A stretch of DNA of 25,205 nucleotides. It comes from a virus. Its lineage: Duplodnaviria; Caudoviricetes. A program made the translations under genes and the position numbers. This document shows, in pieces, positions 9,064 through 18,768 of the stretch (within the stretch, counting starts at the first letter, position 1; every line of letters starts with the position of its first letter). The notes below the pieces were generated by a model. That model was given only the letters and a program-made list of their open reading frames with translations, made no database searches and was not told where the DNA came from. The stretch lies in the IMG/VR virus record IMGVR_UViG_3300005805_000451, positions 1 to 25,205 of that record; one strand, 5' to 3'.

Positions 9064-9246
9064 CTAGTTACAGCCACAGCAGGCTGAGCAAAATACAACT
9101 TCGCCGTGTTCACCGCAGTCAGCGCGGCGCGACTCACAAATAATGCAATTTTCTGCAGACATGGCAGCCTGCGTACGACGCTCCGCCTGTTTCTCTCCAC
9201 GGTTCTTGCCTATCTTGTAGACAATGTAGCCACCGAGCAGACCCAC
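9064..9246 (-). CDS. small protein with Cys-rich (Zn-finger-like) C-terminus
   Basis: CIIC...C..H...CSAC; coupled to the upstream stop. Confidence 0.65.
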   Translation of the reverse strand: MGLLGGYIVYKIGKNRGEKQAERRTQAAMSAENCIICESRRADCGEHGEVVFCSACCGCN

Positions 9247-9752
9247 TAGATACCAGCCTGCCTGTCAGCCTTAGCGTCCCTGACTTCCCAAAGACCTTTC
9301 TTGACCTTGCGGAAAGTCGGACTCTCTTGGACATATTTCAGAGTGGTCGGATAGGAGAAGCCACACTGCTCCATTAGTTGCTCTGTGGTGAACTGCTCAA
9401 AGTGGTGCTGGTTCGCCCACTTCAGGAACGAGTCCCACTTGTCAGCCCGCTTTTCGGTCTTTACTTCATCTACGACAGACTCCTCATCTACCTGAATACC
9501 GCAGAACTCGCTTGATACCTCTGCAATAACAGCGTCAGGGAGTGAGTAGGAGAGCATGGTGCGAATAGGACTGCCCTTTGCTCCGTCACGATTCCACACT
9601 TGGAGAACATGTAATGCCCTTGTGTAGTCGCTGATACTTTGGGCGACTTCCCGTGGCACGGCGAACTTGTCCCCGAACTCGTCAATGGCTTCAGCCCAAC
9701 GAGAGTTGTGGATATCGGTAATGAATGATTCGGATATTGACTTTTTCAACAT
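9246..9752 (-). CDS. hypothetical protein with possible C-terminal winged-HTH
   Basis: GAAAGGA SD below the 9790 promoter; TTEQLMEQCGFSYPTTLKYV...FRKVKKGLWEV. Confidence 0.75.
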   Translation of the reverse strand: MLKKSISESFITDIHNSRWAEAIDEFGDKFAVPREVAQSISDYTRALHVLQVWNRDGAKGSPIRTMLSYSLPDAVIAEVSSEFCGIQVDEESVVDEVKTEKRADKWDSFLKWANQHHFEQFTTEQLMEQCGFSYPTTLKYVQESPTFRKVKKGLWEVRDAKADRQAGI

Positions 9753-9951
9753 AGTAGATACTTCCTTTCACCACCCACCTTACAGGGTGCAATACCAAAT
9801 TTCCAAAAAGGGTCTTCCACCACCGTCACCTAAAGTGACTGGCCTCCGGAGGCTGTCCAGTTTTTTGATTTTTTTGAATATTTTGCCTGGAGCAAACCAG
9901 GCCCTTCGGCCGAATGGTGCTACTACCCACCACTCAGCCCGAGCCCCGGTC

Positions 9952-10221
9952 TTACCCTTTTGCTTTTTCTAAAAACTTGTGCGTGTAGTAGTAACTGGCT
10001 GTTGTCCGGAGCTTGCCTTCGATGTGGAATTTAATTCGAAGGTAATCAATAGCCGCCGCCACCTCTTCGTCCGTGTAGTCGTTGTCTGTGTCGTTCTCCC
10101 AGAAGCCATTTAAAAAATCGCTTTTTGCTGCTTCTACCGCATCCTCACCGGTTGTCGCCAGCGTGTAGTAGTTCTCCTCAAGAATCTCTGCAATCTGCGC
10201 AAGTACATCCATGTCAATCAT
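9952..10221 (-). CDS. hypothetical protein
   Basis: overlapping gene in the operon from the 11701 promoter. Confidence 0.7.
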   Translation of the reverse strand: MIDMDVLAQIAEILEENYYTLATTGEDAVEAAKSDFLNGFWENDTDNDYTDEEVAAAIDYLRIKFHIEGKLRTTASYYYTHKFLEKAKG

Positions 10222-10633
10222 TTGTTATCAGCCCCATGTCTTTGGCAAGCCGTATTCGGCGAGATGCTGTCGGATAGGAAATGCCTAGTGTAGAAAGAAT
10301 TATCTGATGAGCAGATTCACCTTTTCCCATTGCTTGAGCATGCAAATCGGCAACTCGTTTAATTTCTGCCACAGAGATTGAAGGTTGATGTTCGTCGGCA
10401 ATTCTGAAGACATTCTTCTTATTGCCTTTAATATTTTTCGCATTTAATGCACGAACCTGTTTCTCAAGTTTTCCAAGGGGGAGTTCACGGAGCAAGCGAG
10501 AAGTGAATGGCTCATCGTGGTTGATAGCCTTTATTGATACTCCGCAGACTTGCGTGTAGTGCTCAAAGAATTTCCAATCAAATTTGATAGACCAAGAATT
10601 TCCATTTTGGTCCGTCCAAGAAGCGTCAGTCAT
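10214..10633 (-). CDS. putative DNA-binding protein with C-terminal HTH (DUF6214-like)
   Basis: TSRLLRELPLG...LGISYPTASRRIRLAKDMGLI. Confidence 0.6.
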   Translation of the reverse strand: MTDASWTDQNGNSWSIKFDWKFFEHYTQVCGVSIKAINHDEPFTSRLLRELPLGKLEKQVRALNAKNIKGNKKNVFRIADEHQPSISVAEIKRVADLHAQAMGKGESAHQIILSTLGISYPTASRRIRLAKDMGLITND

Positions 10634-11040
10634 TTTGCCTCTCCTTTCAACATTGTGTACAGGTCGTCTATTACGCTACCAATGTTTTCTTCAGCCTCGG
10701 CGTTTATGTTCTCTTCAATTCTGTCTTCTATCTTTCCTAATCCAGCAAGAAAGATGTCCCAAAGTCCTTCAAGCATGTCGTATTCTTCGGTAGTGAACTT
10801 CGGACCCATTGGGATGTTTCTGATTTCCACCTCGCCATTGCCCATGAGTTCCATAAGTTCATCTTTATCAAGAGCCTGACGACGCCTTTCTGAAAAGATT
10901 CTTCCGTCCTTATCAAAGAGTCCAGTGCTCATTCTGCGGTTAGCGTCCTTGAATACCGAGATTGCCTCAATAACGAGCGTTATCTCCTCAATGGTAAATC
11001 TTTTACTGATTGAAGCGGTTATTCGTTTTTTCCTAGCCAT
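10630..11040 (-). CDS. hypothetical protein
   Basis: coupled to both neighbours (TAATG and ATGA overlaps). Confidence 0.75.
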   Translation of the reverse strand: MARKKRITASISKRFTIEEITLVIEAISVFKDANRRMSTGLFDKDGRIFSERRRQALDKDELMELMGNGEVEIRNIPMGPKFTTEEYDMLEGLWDIFLAGLGKIEDRIEENINAEAEENIGSVIDDLYTMLKGEAK

Positions 11041-11258
11041 TACAAGGTCCTTCCTGAGAACTCAAACCATTCATCATAGGTCATGCCGACAGTTCCGACC
11101 AACTCTGCATTCTCGTAGAAGTCCATGATAAAGCCTTCATCAGTGATTCCAATGTTTACGAACTTGGCATTGACCTCATCGTAGCCACTGGTAAAGACGG
11201 TTACATCTTTGCGTGAATGCTGATTGACATCAAATGTCATTTTTTCATTGTCGCTCAC
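11040..11258 (-). CDS. hypothetical protein
   Basis: GTGA overlap with upstream gene. Confidence 0.7.
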   Translation of the reverse strand: MSDNEKMTFDVNQHSRKDVTVFTSGYDEVNAKFVNIGITDEGFIMDFYENAELVGTVGMTYDEWFEFSGRTL

Positions 11259-11659
11259 TTGTCACCAGCCTCGGCTAGGCGGTTCTTGATGTTGACCATT
11301 TCAGCCAAGTACTCATCAAATGACATTTGGAATGGGAACTCAATCCCGTCAACAATGTTTGAGAACAGGATGTTCCTATTTTGCATTTGTTGCCAAAGGT
11401 CAAGGAACTTGTAGCCAGCACTCAGGTACTGGTCAAATGCTGTAAGCCACTCTTCAGCGATACCTACAGACACCCAAGAGTCCTCACCTTCTACCAAGGA
11501 GAGCGAACTGCCGTTGTCCCAATCAACACCGATACACATCGCTCCAGCATTGTCATATGGCTCGCGCGTAACAGTCCCTAGGTCACCCTTGCGAATCCGT
11601 GTGTACGGGTCGCTGGTGCGAACTAGTTTGATTCTTTCTCCGACAAGTGTCTTGCTCAT
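11255..11659 (-). CDS. DUF4314-domain protein
   Basis: VGERIKLVRTSDPY...GDLGTV...VDWDNGSSLSLVEGED; AAGGAG SD before ATG 11659. Confidence 0.8.
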   Translation of the reverse strand: MSKTLVGERIKLVRTSDPYTRIRKGDLGTVTREPYDNAGAMCIGVDWDNGSSLSLVEGEDSWVSVGIAEEWLTAFDQYLSAGYKFLDLWQQMQNRNILFSNIVDGIEFPFQMSFDEYLAEMVNIKNRLAEAGDK

Positions 11660-11721
11660 GATTTTCTCCTTAGTAGTAGTTGAGGACATCTTAGGGTATC
11701 CAATACCAAATTTCCAAAAAT

Positions 11722-11940
11722 CTAGATTCCCTCTAGAACCTCAGACGGCTTCACCTTGAGTGCCGTGCAGAGCAGGATAAGTGACTGAAGGCTAGGTGAG
11801 AAGTGTCCGTTCTCAATCCGGTTGATGGTCTTGCGCTCGAGCCCCGCCTTCTTTGCCAACGCATCTTGCGAGAGTTCTCGCTCAATACGCAATTTACGAA
11901 GTCGTGCGCTGACCCGTGCTTCTTTCTTTTGGGTATTCAT
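11722..11940 (-). CDS. XRE/Cro-C1 HTH transcriptional regulator
   Basis: LRKLRIERELSQDALAKKAGLERKTINRIENGHFSPSL. Confidence 0.92.
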   Translation of the reverse strand: MNTQKKEARVSARLRKLRIERELSQDALAKKAGLERKTINRIENGHFSPSLQSLILLCTALKVKPSEVLEGI

Positions 11941-11972
11941 GTTTCTCCTTGTTAGGTGTTTGGTTGTTTATT

Positions 11973-12659
11973 TCAGTTTGCACTGAAAATCTGTTGTGCT
12001 GTCATGGCTGTATCCATGCCTTCTGCAATCTCAAAGACAAGAGCGTCTTTCCACTCGCTGTACTTCTCGTCAAAGTTTTCGTCGTCGTCGTCATATTCAG
12101 GCTGTCCCTGCATTTCGGGTTCCCCTTCAGCAACTATTTCGCCGTTATGAATGACCATGTACCCAGCAAAGAAATCTGCTTCCTCTGTGAAGTGCATTCC
12201 GAATACAAGTTCAGGGAACTGTGCTGATATGTTCTTGATTAGACCAACAGCAGGCGACCATGCGCTTTCCCAAGACAGTTGGATTGAGTTATTGCCGTCC
12301 TGAAATGTGTCCTCGTCAAACTCAATATTACAAGCACCCCATTTGGTATCCCAGTTCGCATACGCCCAGTCGTACCAGTCCTTGTAGCCATACTTGGCGA
12401 CATTCTTGGCTTGCTGTTCCTCTAGGGCAATCTGTTCAGGCTTTTTAGTTCCGTCCTCATTCGTTCCGTAGCCACCCGAAATTGTTTCGTGCAGTTCGGT
12501 TGGAATCGGGAACAGTTGGTTCAGACTCCAGTACGACTTGTTATGGTCAGCGAGGGCTTTCCATTCGTCAGTCTGCTCAACACGAATCGCTTCCACGAAT
12601 CGATTCAGTTCAGAGTTCGTCCCCCGAACTTCTCCATATTGCGTACACCAGTTAGGCAT
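11973..12659 (-). CDS. DUF1281/Api92/YubB-like protein
   Basis: MPNWC start, WYDWAYANWDTKWGA, WESAWSP motifs. Confidence 0.75.
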   Translation of the reverse strand: MPNWCTQYGEVRGTNSELNRFVEAIRVEQTDEWKALADHNKSYWSLNQLFPIPTELHETISGGYGTNEDGTKKPEQIALEEQQAKNVAKYGYKDWYDWAYANWDTKWGACNIEFDEDTFQDGNNSIQLSWESAWSPAVGLIKNISAQFPELVFGMHFTEEADFFAGYMVIHNGEIVAEGEPEMQGQPEYDDDDENFDEKYSEWKDALVFEIAEGMDTAMTAQQIFSAN

Positions 12660-12722
12660 TTCATTCTCCCTTTGTAGTAGTAGGTGATGTAACTATACAG
12701 GTACAAATACCAAATTTCCAAA

Positions 12723-13220
12723 TTAGTACCATGCGTCAGACCCACTGCACTCATTAGCAACCCAGCGCAACCACCAAATGGCGTACTTGACTTCCTTGTC
12801 CACGACCTCGCCCTCAATTTCCACTGTCCCATGCTCTTGCATACGCTCTTCCATCGCATCAGCGAGAGCGAGACATGACGATACTGACTTGAAGGTTCCG
12901 TCCTCGTTGTCTCCATAGAACGAGTATTCCTCTTCGTTCATCTGAAGAGCCTCTAGCAGGAAGTTCCCGTACTTTCCTCTGTACCAACAGTCTGTTCCGA
13001 ACATGCCAGTAACACTTCCTTCTTGCAAATCTGTTTTTGACACAGAGATGAGGTAAGGGCATTTGCCTTGTGCTTGCGTTGCTCTACAGTCAATGCTCTT
13101 TATTGGCAAGCCAGTTGCTTCGTCAGGAATGGCTACGCCGTCCCCATCAAGAATATCAACTTTTACTGCAGTACCAAGACGCTCGCAGGCGTATCGGTGT
13201 GGGATGTTGTCTAAGCCCAT
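12723..13220 (-). CDS. hypothetical protein (MGLD-start type)
   Basis: AAGGAG SD below the 13265 promoter. Confidence 0.8.
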   Translation of the reverse strand: MGLDNIPHRYACERLGTAVKVDILDGDGVAIPDEATGLPIKSIDCRATQAQGKCPYLISVSKTDLQEGSVTGMFGTDCWYRGKYGNFLLEALQMNEEEYSFYGDNEDGTFKSVSSCLALADAMEERMQEHGTVEIEGEVVDKEVKYAIWWLRWVANECSGSDAWY

Positions 13221-13368
13221 GTGTAACTCTCCTTAGTAGTAGGTGAGTACCACTATAGCGACCCAAATACCAAATTTCCAAACTCTTCCACCACCGTCAT
13301 GATAAGAAGCGATACTTGACCCAAGCCGGATTTTATGGTAGGTGATACCGGCATTGACCGTGAAGAGG

Positions 13369-13382
13369 CGAACATATGTTCG
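13369..13382. promoter_or_regulatory. LexA SOS box
   Basis: perfect palindrome CGAACATATGTTCG matching Gram-positive/actinobacterial CGAAC-N4-GTTCG. Confidence 0.75.
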
Positions 13383-13434
13383 GTCAGCCCCGGCGACTCA
13401 GTGGCCACCATGTACACCGGGGCTTTACGTTCGA

Positions 13435-13746
13435 TTACTCGGCGATATCGCTGGTAACCAAATTCCCGTTGGTGATTATCCAACCATCTTCATTCCGTTT
13501 CCAAATAAACCTAAAAGCTTCTTTTATGCCTTCTAGGTAGTAGAACACATCATCATCTAACACGCCGAAGTCGTCCCACCGTGATTCAACAGGGTCTTTA
13601 CTGAATGACAGGTAGTAGAAAAGCAATGAACCCTCTTCAGCCCAATAAATCTGTGCGTCCATACCGACCAGGATTTTCTTGCCGATAACCACTTCGGTAA
13701 TGTATTGAATCAACAATACGAATGTGGCTCTGATTTTATTCAGCAT
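13435..13746 (-). CDS. hypothetical protein
   Basis: TAATG coupling to upstream gene. Confidence 0.7.
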   Translation of the reverse strand: MLNKIRATFVLLIQYITEVVIGKKILVGMDAQIYWAEEGSLLFYYLSFSKDPVESRWDDFGVLDDDVFYYLEGIKEAFRFIWKRNEDGWIITNGNLVTSDIAE

Positions 13747-14066
13747 TATGCGCTCACTACATCTATGAGTTGTACGAATGAATCTAGTGGCTCACTGGCG
13801 TCAGGATAAGCCCTCATAGCGTCATCTAGGAACATTTGGTAAGCACCTAGGTCGTCACCTCTGAAGTAGTGATTCGCTCCACCATCTCCATAATTCTCTA
13901 CTCGGCACGCAATGATTCCTTTTCTTATAATTTGCGCCATCCAAGTAATGCCTCTTGAAGTTTCCATTTCGCTGATTATCTTGAAGTCGTACAGGCTGGC
14001 AATATCGTCTACTGCTGGCTCTGTCACGAATAGTTTCAGTGACGGTGGAAGTGTTGAATAAAGCAC
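13746..14066 (-). CDS. hypothetical protein
   Basis: TAGAAT, ACTACTAAC leader, AAGGAG SD, GTG start; SEMETSRG...VENYGDGG. Confidence 0.75.
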   Translation of the reverse strand: MLYSTLPPSLKLFVTEPAVDDIASLYDFKIISEMETSRGITWMAQIIRKGIIACRVENYGDGGANHYFRGDDLGAYQMFLDDAMRAYPDASEPLDSFVQLIDVVSA

Positions 14067-14104
14067 GATTTCTCCTTTGTTAGTAGTTGTAATGATTCTA
14101 GCCG

Positions 14105-14623
14105 TCAGCAGATTTGGAATCCACCGCAGTTCTCTAGGAACTCTGCGAACCGCTTGACATTTTCCACATCAAACGGATATGCAGTAAGCCACGATTCTTT
14201 AGTGCCAATTCCATCACAAGCATTGCACCAGCCGTTAGTACGCCCAGTGAGAATCTGATTTTCAGGCGAGAGTTCTTTAGTAGGCATACCCATTTCCACG
14301 CCTACTTCATCACTGCGAATACCAGTGCATTCACATAGTTCACACGCTTCACGGGGAAGAGAGGAACGCCACTCGTTATAAGTCTGTGCGTACTTCTCTA
14401 CCTTGCCATCAGCAATGTCTTGCTTCAGTGACCACGCTAAGCACTCTGCTAGTGGCTCATCTAGCCCATCACCGTCGTTTGAGTGCCAGTACTCGCAACC
14501 GCTAGCAATGTCTTCATAGTTGTTGCAGATGAAGTCTGCTAGTGGACGCCAGTACCACACATTGTTACGGAAGTAACTGCCCTTTTCATTCTTTGGATTT
14601 ACTCCAATGACATCCATACCCAT
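14105..14623 (-). CDS. hypothetical protein with CxxCxxxG Zn-binding insert
   Basis: MGMD...YFRNNVWYWRPL; CELCECTG and CNACDGIG. Confidence 0.8.
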   Translation of the reverse strand: MGMDVIGVNPKNEKGSYFRNNVWYWRPLADFICNNYEDIASGCEYWHSNDGDGLDEPLAECLAWSLKQDIADGKVEKYAQTYNEWRSSLPREACELCECTGIRSDEVGVEMGMPTKELSPENQILTGRTNGWCNACDGIGTKESWLTAYPFDVENVKRFAEFLENCGGFQIC

Positions 14624-14710
14624 TTTCTTGCTCCTTGTTAGTAGTAGTTAGGTGACTAAATCTTACAGTACTGAATACCAAATTTCCAAAATCGAGATAG
14701 AGCCCCGGGG

Positions 14711-14974
14711 TTACCCTTTCAATGCTTTCTGACACGATTTTACTAGGTCGGTCGGGTATAGGTGTTGCCGTTCCTCAGAGTTTTTTGGTGCTACAGCCCA
14801 CTTCAACCAACGCTCATAATCTCTTAGTGTTGGGTCGTCTGTCTCGCTCGGTTTCAGATATGTGTTTATGAAGTGTGGCAGAGTTGTTAGCCCTAGTTGT
14901 TCCATAACCCCAATTATGGCAATCATCTTGTAGCCAATCATTGTTGCCAATTCGTCAAATGTCGGTTCGCTCAT
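14711..14974 (-). CDS. hypothetical protein
   Basis: ATGA overlap with upstream gene. Confidence 0.7.
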   Translation of the reverse strand: MSEPTFDELATMIGYKMIAIIGVMEQLGLTTLPHFINTYLKPSETDDPTLRDYERWLKWAVAPKNSEERQHLYPTDLVKSCQKALKG

Positions 14975-15438
14975 ACTTTTGCCTCATCAAATGGACATTG
15001 AGCAACTTCACCGAATACAGCCTCGTACAAGTCGCGCCCGTCTTTCCACTCACTCCAGTCGCCGTCTGACGAAATAGACACGCAAGAGCCATAGATTTCT
15101 TTAGCCCGAATAAGTATTGCTGTCACTACAGCGTCATACGGTTTCTGTGCTGTTTTGCAAAAATCAAAGATTTCAGGCTCATTTTTTCTCCACTCAACTT
15201 GTGTTGGCATAGCCTTCCAAGTAAAGGTTTCGTGAGACATATCATCTATGCCATTGAGACTGAACTCGCCCTCTGTGAATTGTGGTGAAGTTCCATTCTC
15301 TCCACTCCAGTCGCCTAGTTTTATGCCAATTGTGTATGCGTATTCGCAAATCGCCTTAGCGTCTAGTGCGAGTTTGCCATACATATAGGCAGACCCAGCG
15401 TTATTTCGTGGTCGGTAGTTGTAGTGGGTGTAACCCAT
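14971..15438 (-). CDS. conserved-looking phage hypothetical protein
   Basis: MGYTHY...HETF...FCKTAQKPYDAVV...SSDG; GAAAGG SD. Confidence 0.8.
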   Translation of the reverse strand: MGYTHYNYRPRNNAGSAYMYGKLALDAKAICEYAYTIGIKLGDWSGENGTSPQFTEGEFSLNGIDDMSHETFTWKAMPTQVEWRKNEPEIFDFCKTAQKPYDAVVTAILIRAKEIYGSCVSISSDGDWSEWKDGRDLYEAVFGEVAQCPFDEAKV

Positions 15439-15517
15439 AGTTATTGCCTTTCGTTAGTAGTTAGTAGTACCTTAGCAGACCCAATACCAAATTTCCAAAA
15501 TAGATATAGCCCCGATA

Positions 15518-15730
15518 TTAGATTTCCAATTGCTCGTAAATCATCAAATCCTCTTCATCAAAGAATGGGTTTGAGTGCCTACCAATACCAGTCACCCACA
15601 TCTTGCGCCCGTGTTGCCCGCTATCTCCGATTGCGTCCTGCACCCGTGAGATTGCCTCTCCAGCCGCCGCTCCATCATCCACGGCGTTCACATCAAGCGT
15701 CACCATTACGGTTACTCGGTAGGTATTCAT
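15518..15730 (-). CDS. hypothetical protein
   Basis: TGATG overlap, GGAG SD. Confidence 0.65.
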   Translation of the reverse strand: MNTYRVTVMVTLDVNAVDDGAAAGEAISRVQDAIGDSGQHGRKMWVTGIGRHSNPFFDEEDLMIYEQLEI

Positions 15731-15999
15731 CAGTAAGTACTCCAATCGTAGTTGTCGTTTTTATGTGCAATTTCCTCGGAACACACTCCGATTACCTTTA
15801 GCGTTTCGCCGTCAATAATGCGACTACATTTTTCACAAAGATAAACCTGCCCGTCCCAATCTCCGTAGAGAGTTGGCGAGACAATCTCTCCAGTCCTTAG
15901 ACAAGAGTAGAAGCCCTCGTAGTTTGGTTGGTTGCCACATAGGCACTGAAACCAATCAGTAGTTCCACCTATGTACTCCTCGTACATTCGCTTACTCAT
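15730..15999 (-). CDS. hypothetical Cys-rich protein
   Basis: CLCGN...SC...CEKC; GAGG SD before ATG 15999. Confidence 0.7.
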   Translation of the reverse strand: MSKRMYEEYIGGTTDWFQCLCGNQPNYEGFYSCLRTGEIVSPTLYGDWDGQVYLCEKCSRIIDGETLKVIGVCSEEIAHKNDNYDWSTY

Positions 16000-16237
16000 A
16001 CTCAACCTCTGTTCCGTAGTCGTGTACGCATTCGCTGTCGTACTCCTCTGCGTGGTCTTCCATTGTGCGGAAGTTGCAATTCTCATTTATCCACTCATAG
16101 CGAGCGTCAGCGTCCCACTTATCCCACTCGGACGGAAGTTCCATTCCTTGTGGCATATCGTAGTACTTGTAACGGGTGTACTTGACGAGCATATGCTCAT
16201 CAACGGTAACGGCAAAGCGTGTAGGTGTAGTAGTCAT
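15992..16237 (-). CDS. hypothetical acidic protein, probably leaderless
   Basis: ATG lies 6 nt after -10 TATGAT of the 16257 promoter; no SD. Confidence 0.7.
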   Translation of the reverse strand: MTTTPTRFAVTVDEHMLVKYTRYKYYDMPQGMELPSEWDKWDADARYEWINENCNFRTMEDHAEEYDSECVHDYGTEVEYE

Positions 16238-16429
16238 AAGTACATCATAAGGTACGCAATACCAAATTTCCAAATTGCTTTCCGCCACCGTCAAGATAAT
16301 AAGGGTGGTGGGTGGCTCGGTTTTTTCGCAGGGCAACTCATTTATTTTTTGCGATTTTTTTGGAATTTTCTGGCAAGCCCCGCAGCACAATCTGGCCGCA
16401 CCGAGGCCGGGGCTCTAGTGGAAAATAGC

Positions 16430-16651
16430 TCACTCCTTTTCCATTGGTGTTGCCCAGCGGTCTTCGCTGTCGTAGAAGCAAGTGTTACAAACGAAACCGT
16501 CTAGGTCATTATCCCAAACTGGCTCACTCCCAAATGTGCGTACAGTCATTTCTATTCCGCACGAGTCACAATTAGCCCTATCGCCACGAATATGAACTAC
16601 GCCGTGTACGAGTGGCAGTGAGTTGATTTTTTCGATATATGCCTCGCTCAT
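16430..16651 (-). CDS. small Zn-finger-like protein
   Basis: CDSC...CNTC; GGAG SD; start uncertain. Confidence 0.65.
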   Translation of the reverse strand: MSEAYIEKINSLPLVHGVVHIRGDRANCDSCGIEMTVRTFGSEPVWDNDLDGFVCNTCFYDSEDRWATPMEKE

Positions 16652-16656
16652 ATCGG

Positions 16657-16926
16657 TCACTCCCAAGCCCTATTGAGTAGTATCCCTGCGAATGGGTTTG
16701 GATATCCAACCTTGTCATTCAGCCAACGCTCACTATCAGAGTGTTGAGTTTCGCAATCACGAAAAGTATCAGTGGCGAACGCCTTGCCGTCTTTCATAAG
16801 GCGAACGAGCAGTTTGCCAGTGCCGTCTTCCCATATGTCCAGTTGGTAGGTAGCGTCAATGCCACCGAATGGACCAGTTTGCTCACCGAATACAGAGAGT
16901 TTATGAGTCATTACAGCAGTACTCAT
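16657..16926 (-). CDS. hypothetical protein
   Basis: TAATG coupling. Confidence 0.7.
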   Translation of the reverse strand: MSTAVMTHKLSVFGEQTGPFGGIDATYQLDIWEDGTGKLLVRLMKDGKAFATDTFRDCETQHSDSERWLNDKVGYPNPFAGILLNRAWE

Positions 16927-17216
16927 TACTTACCGCCTCTCTCGGTATAACGAGCAACAGCCTCGGTCAGTGTGGTGCAGTAGTCACCGCTATAACGCTC
17001 CCAGCCACTAGGACGAGCCACAACGGTCCATATGGCGAACTTATGAAAAGGATTACTTTCGTTATAGCAGAGAGTAATCCACGAAGCGTAGGTGTCTCCG
17101 AGTTCACGATTACCAGTCTTAGTGAGTGCCAAGACGGTCACTCCCGAAGCGATTACTTCGCCAAGAGTAAGTTCAGCGAATGTGAGGTCCGCCGAATTGT
17201 CGGTTAGTAGGTACAA
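16926..17216 (-). CDS. hypothetical protein, paralog of 22174..22455 (TTG start)
   Basis: GAAAGG SD; shared GE.IASGV, YASW, KF..WTV.A, SGDYCT, RGGK. Confidence 0.75.
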   Translation of the reverse strand: MYLLTDNSADLTFAELTLGEVIASGVTVLALTKTGNRELGDTYASWITLCYNESNPFHKFAIWTVVARPSGWERYSGDYCTTLTEAVARYTERGGK

Positions 17217-17406
17217 GGTATTTCCTTTCGTAGTAGGTGAGATAGACACTACAGGACTCAATACCAAATTTCCAAAAAAATATTGAGCCCCGCAGCGTGA
17301 CTTGCGAGAGGCAGCTGCGGGGCTTTTCGCGCGCATAAGGAAGCCCTGCCCACCAGTTACGGCAGGCAGGGCTTCGGTTGTTCGTAGGGGTGAAAGGGGT
17401 AATGCC

Positions 17407-17844
17407 CTAGAACAAACCCATAATCGCTTCGGCAAGCGCACCACGAGCCGTACCGTCATCGGTAATTGTCTCATCAGGTGTGTCCGAGAAGCGCATAACG
17501 CTAGCCCAACCGTCTTTGCCAGCGAAAACCATTAGGCGTACACGCCTGCGCTGTGGGTGCTGTGACGGTGCTACCCCATTTTCAGGGTCATCGTTTTCGG
17601 TGATAGGTGAAGCCCAACCGCAAGTTACGAGGGCGATGTAATCGCTCACCTTCGCTACTGCTCGGCTGTCATCGCTGTCAAGTAGGTCGTACACATCGCC
17701 GTGTTCGCCTGCCAAGACCATAGCAACCCCTTCATCAGTTTCGTTGATAGCAAAGAACAATGCCGTTTTCAGGTCAAAGTCTCCTTCCAGTTGTTCAGAG
17801 ATAAGCCTCTCGGCAAACTCTGCTTTATTCAGTACATCGCTCAT
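17407..17844 (-). CDS. hypothetical protein
   Basis: GAAAGGA SD before ATG 17844; GWASP...APSQHPQRRRVRL. Confidence 0.8.
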   Translation of the reverse strand: MSDVLNKAEFAERLISEQLEGDFDLKTALFFAINETDEGVAMVLAGEHGDVYDLLDSDDSRAVAKVSDYIALVTCGWASPITENDDPENGVAPSQHPQRRRVRLMVFAGKDGWASVMRFSDTPDETITDDGTARGALAEAIMGLF

Positions 17845-18121
17845 CGGTAGTTCCTTTCGGTAGTAGTTGATTAGATAAGCACTACTCACCTTACTGTATC
17901 CAATACCAAATTTCCAAATTACGGGTAGCCCGTACGAGAGCCCCGCTGGGCTAGTCTTTGTGGGTGGACGAACTAGCGCAAGCACGAAGCCGGGGCTTAT
18001 CAAAAAGAATTGCCGAGTTTGACATTGAGTTGTATAACCTTTGGGTACAGATAAGAGGCGTAGAGCAAGGTAACGCCGAGTTCACTGCCGACAATTTGCG
18101 AAAGAGTTTCAGGGTAATAAC

Positions 18122-18156
18122 AAAAGAGGGCTAGAGATTTCTCTCTAACCCTCTTT
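18122..18156 (-). terminator. intrinsic terminator
   Basis: AAAGAGGGTTAGAGA-GAAA-TCTCTAGCCCTCTTTT after stop at 18173. Confidence 0.7.
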
Positions 18157-18172
18157 CGGTAGGTGGATAGGA

Positions 18173-18571
18173 CTAGACCGCTTCGGCGGTTTCGGTAACT
18201 GCGCCTTCGGCAAGGTCACGGATAACGATACGAGTGTAAGCCGTTGGCTTCACACACGCAGTTTCCACTTCCTCACTGATATCGCCAGCCTTACGAGCCT
18301 TATCAAAAGCCTTCGGCTCAACGGCAGTCTTAGTGACTGCGCCGAACACTTTGGCATTGACAAGTTCTGAAAGTGTTGCGACATCAAAGTTGCGACGAAT
18401 TGCCTCAACAAGTTGGACACACTTGTCGTTCGCTTCCCAAGAGTTCACGCCTGCTTCGGCGTACGCTTCGGAAAGCAATTCCTTCGCAACAGCGACGGCT
18501 TTCTCGGCAGAAGCAAGAGCCTCAACGGCACTCACATACTGGCGAGCAACGGCAGAAAGTTGCTTAGACAT
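18173..18571 (-). CDS. hypothetical protein with N-terminal helical region
   Basis: AAGGGGGTG SD; sole ORF of its promoter-terminator unit. Confidence 0.8.
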   Translation of the reverse strand: MSKQLSAVARQYVSAVEALASAEKAVAVAKELLSEAYAEAGVNSWEANDKCVQLVEAIRRNFDVATLSELVNAKVFGAVTKTAVEPKAFDKARKAGDISEEVETACVKPTAYTRIVIRDLAEGAVTETAEAV

Positions 18572-18768
18572 ATTTTTTCACCCCCTTAGGTGTCTGTAGT
18601 AGGTAGTACCACTATACACACCCCAATACCAAATTTCCAAAATTGCTTGACGGCTGGCAGAGCCCCGTCTTTGCTGCTGGCGGTTCGAGCTGCGGGGCTA
18701 AACGCGCGCATAAGAAAGAGTGGCAGGGTTTCCCCCACCACTCCTTCCCGTTCGGTAGTCAGGCTTGA

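Noticed and set aside
4571-11846. AGCCCCG at 4571 and 11840
   Set aside because: Inside coding sequence, unpaired and compatible with chance
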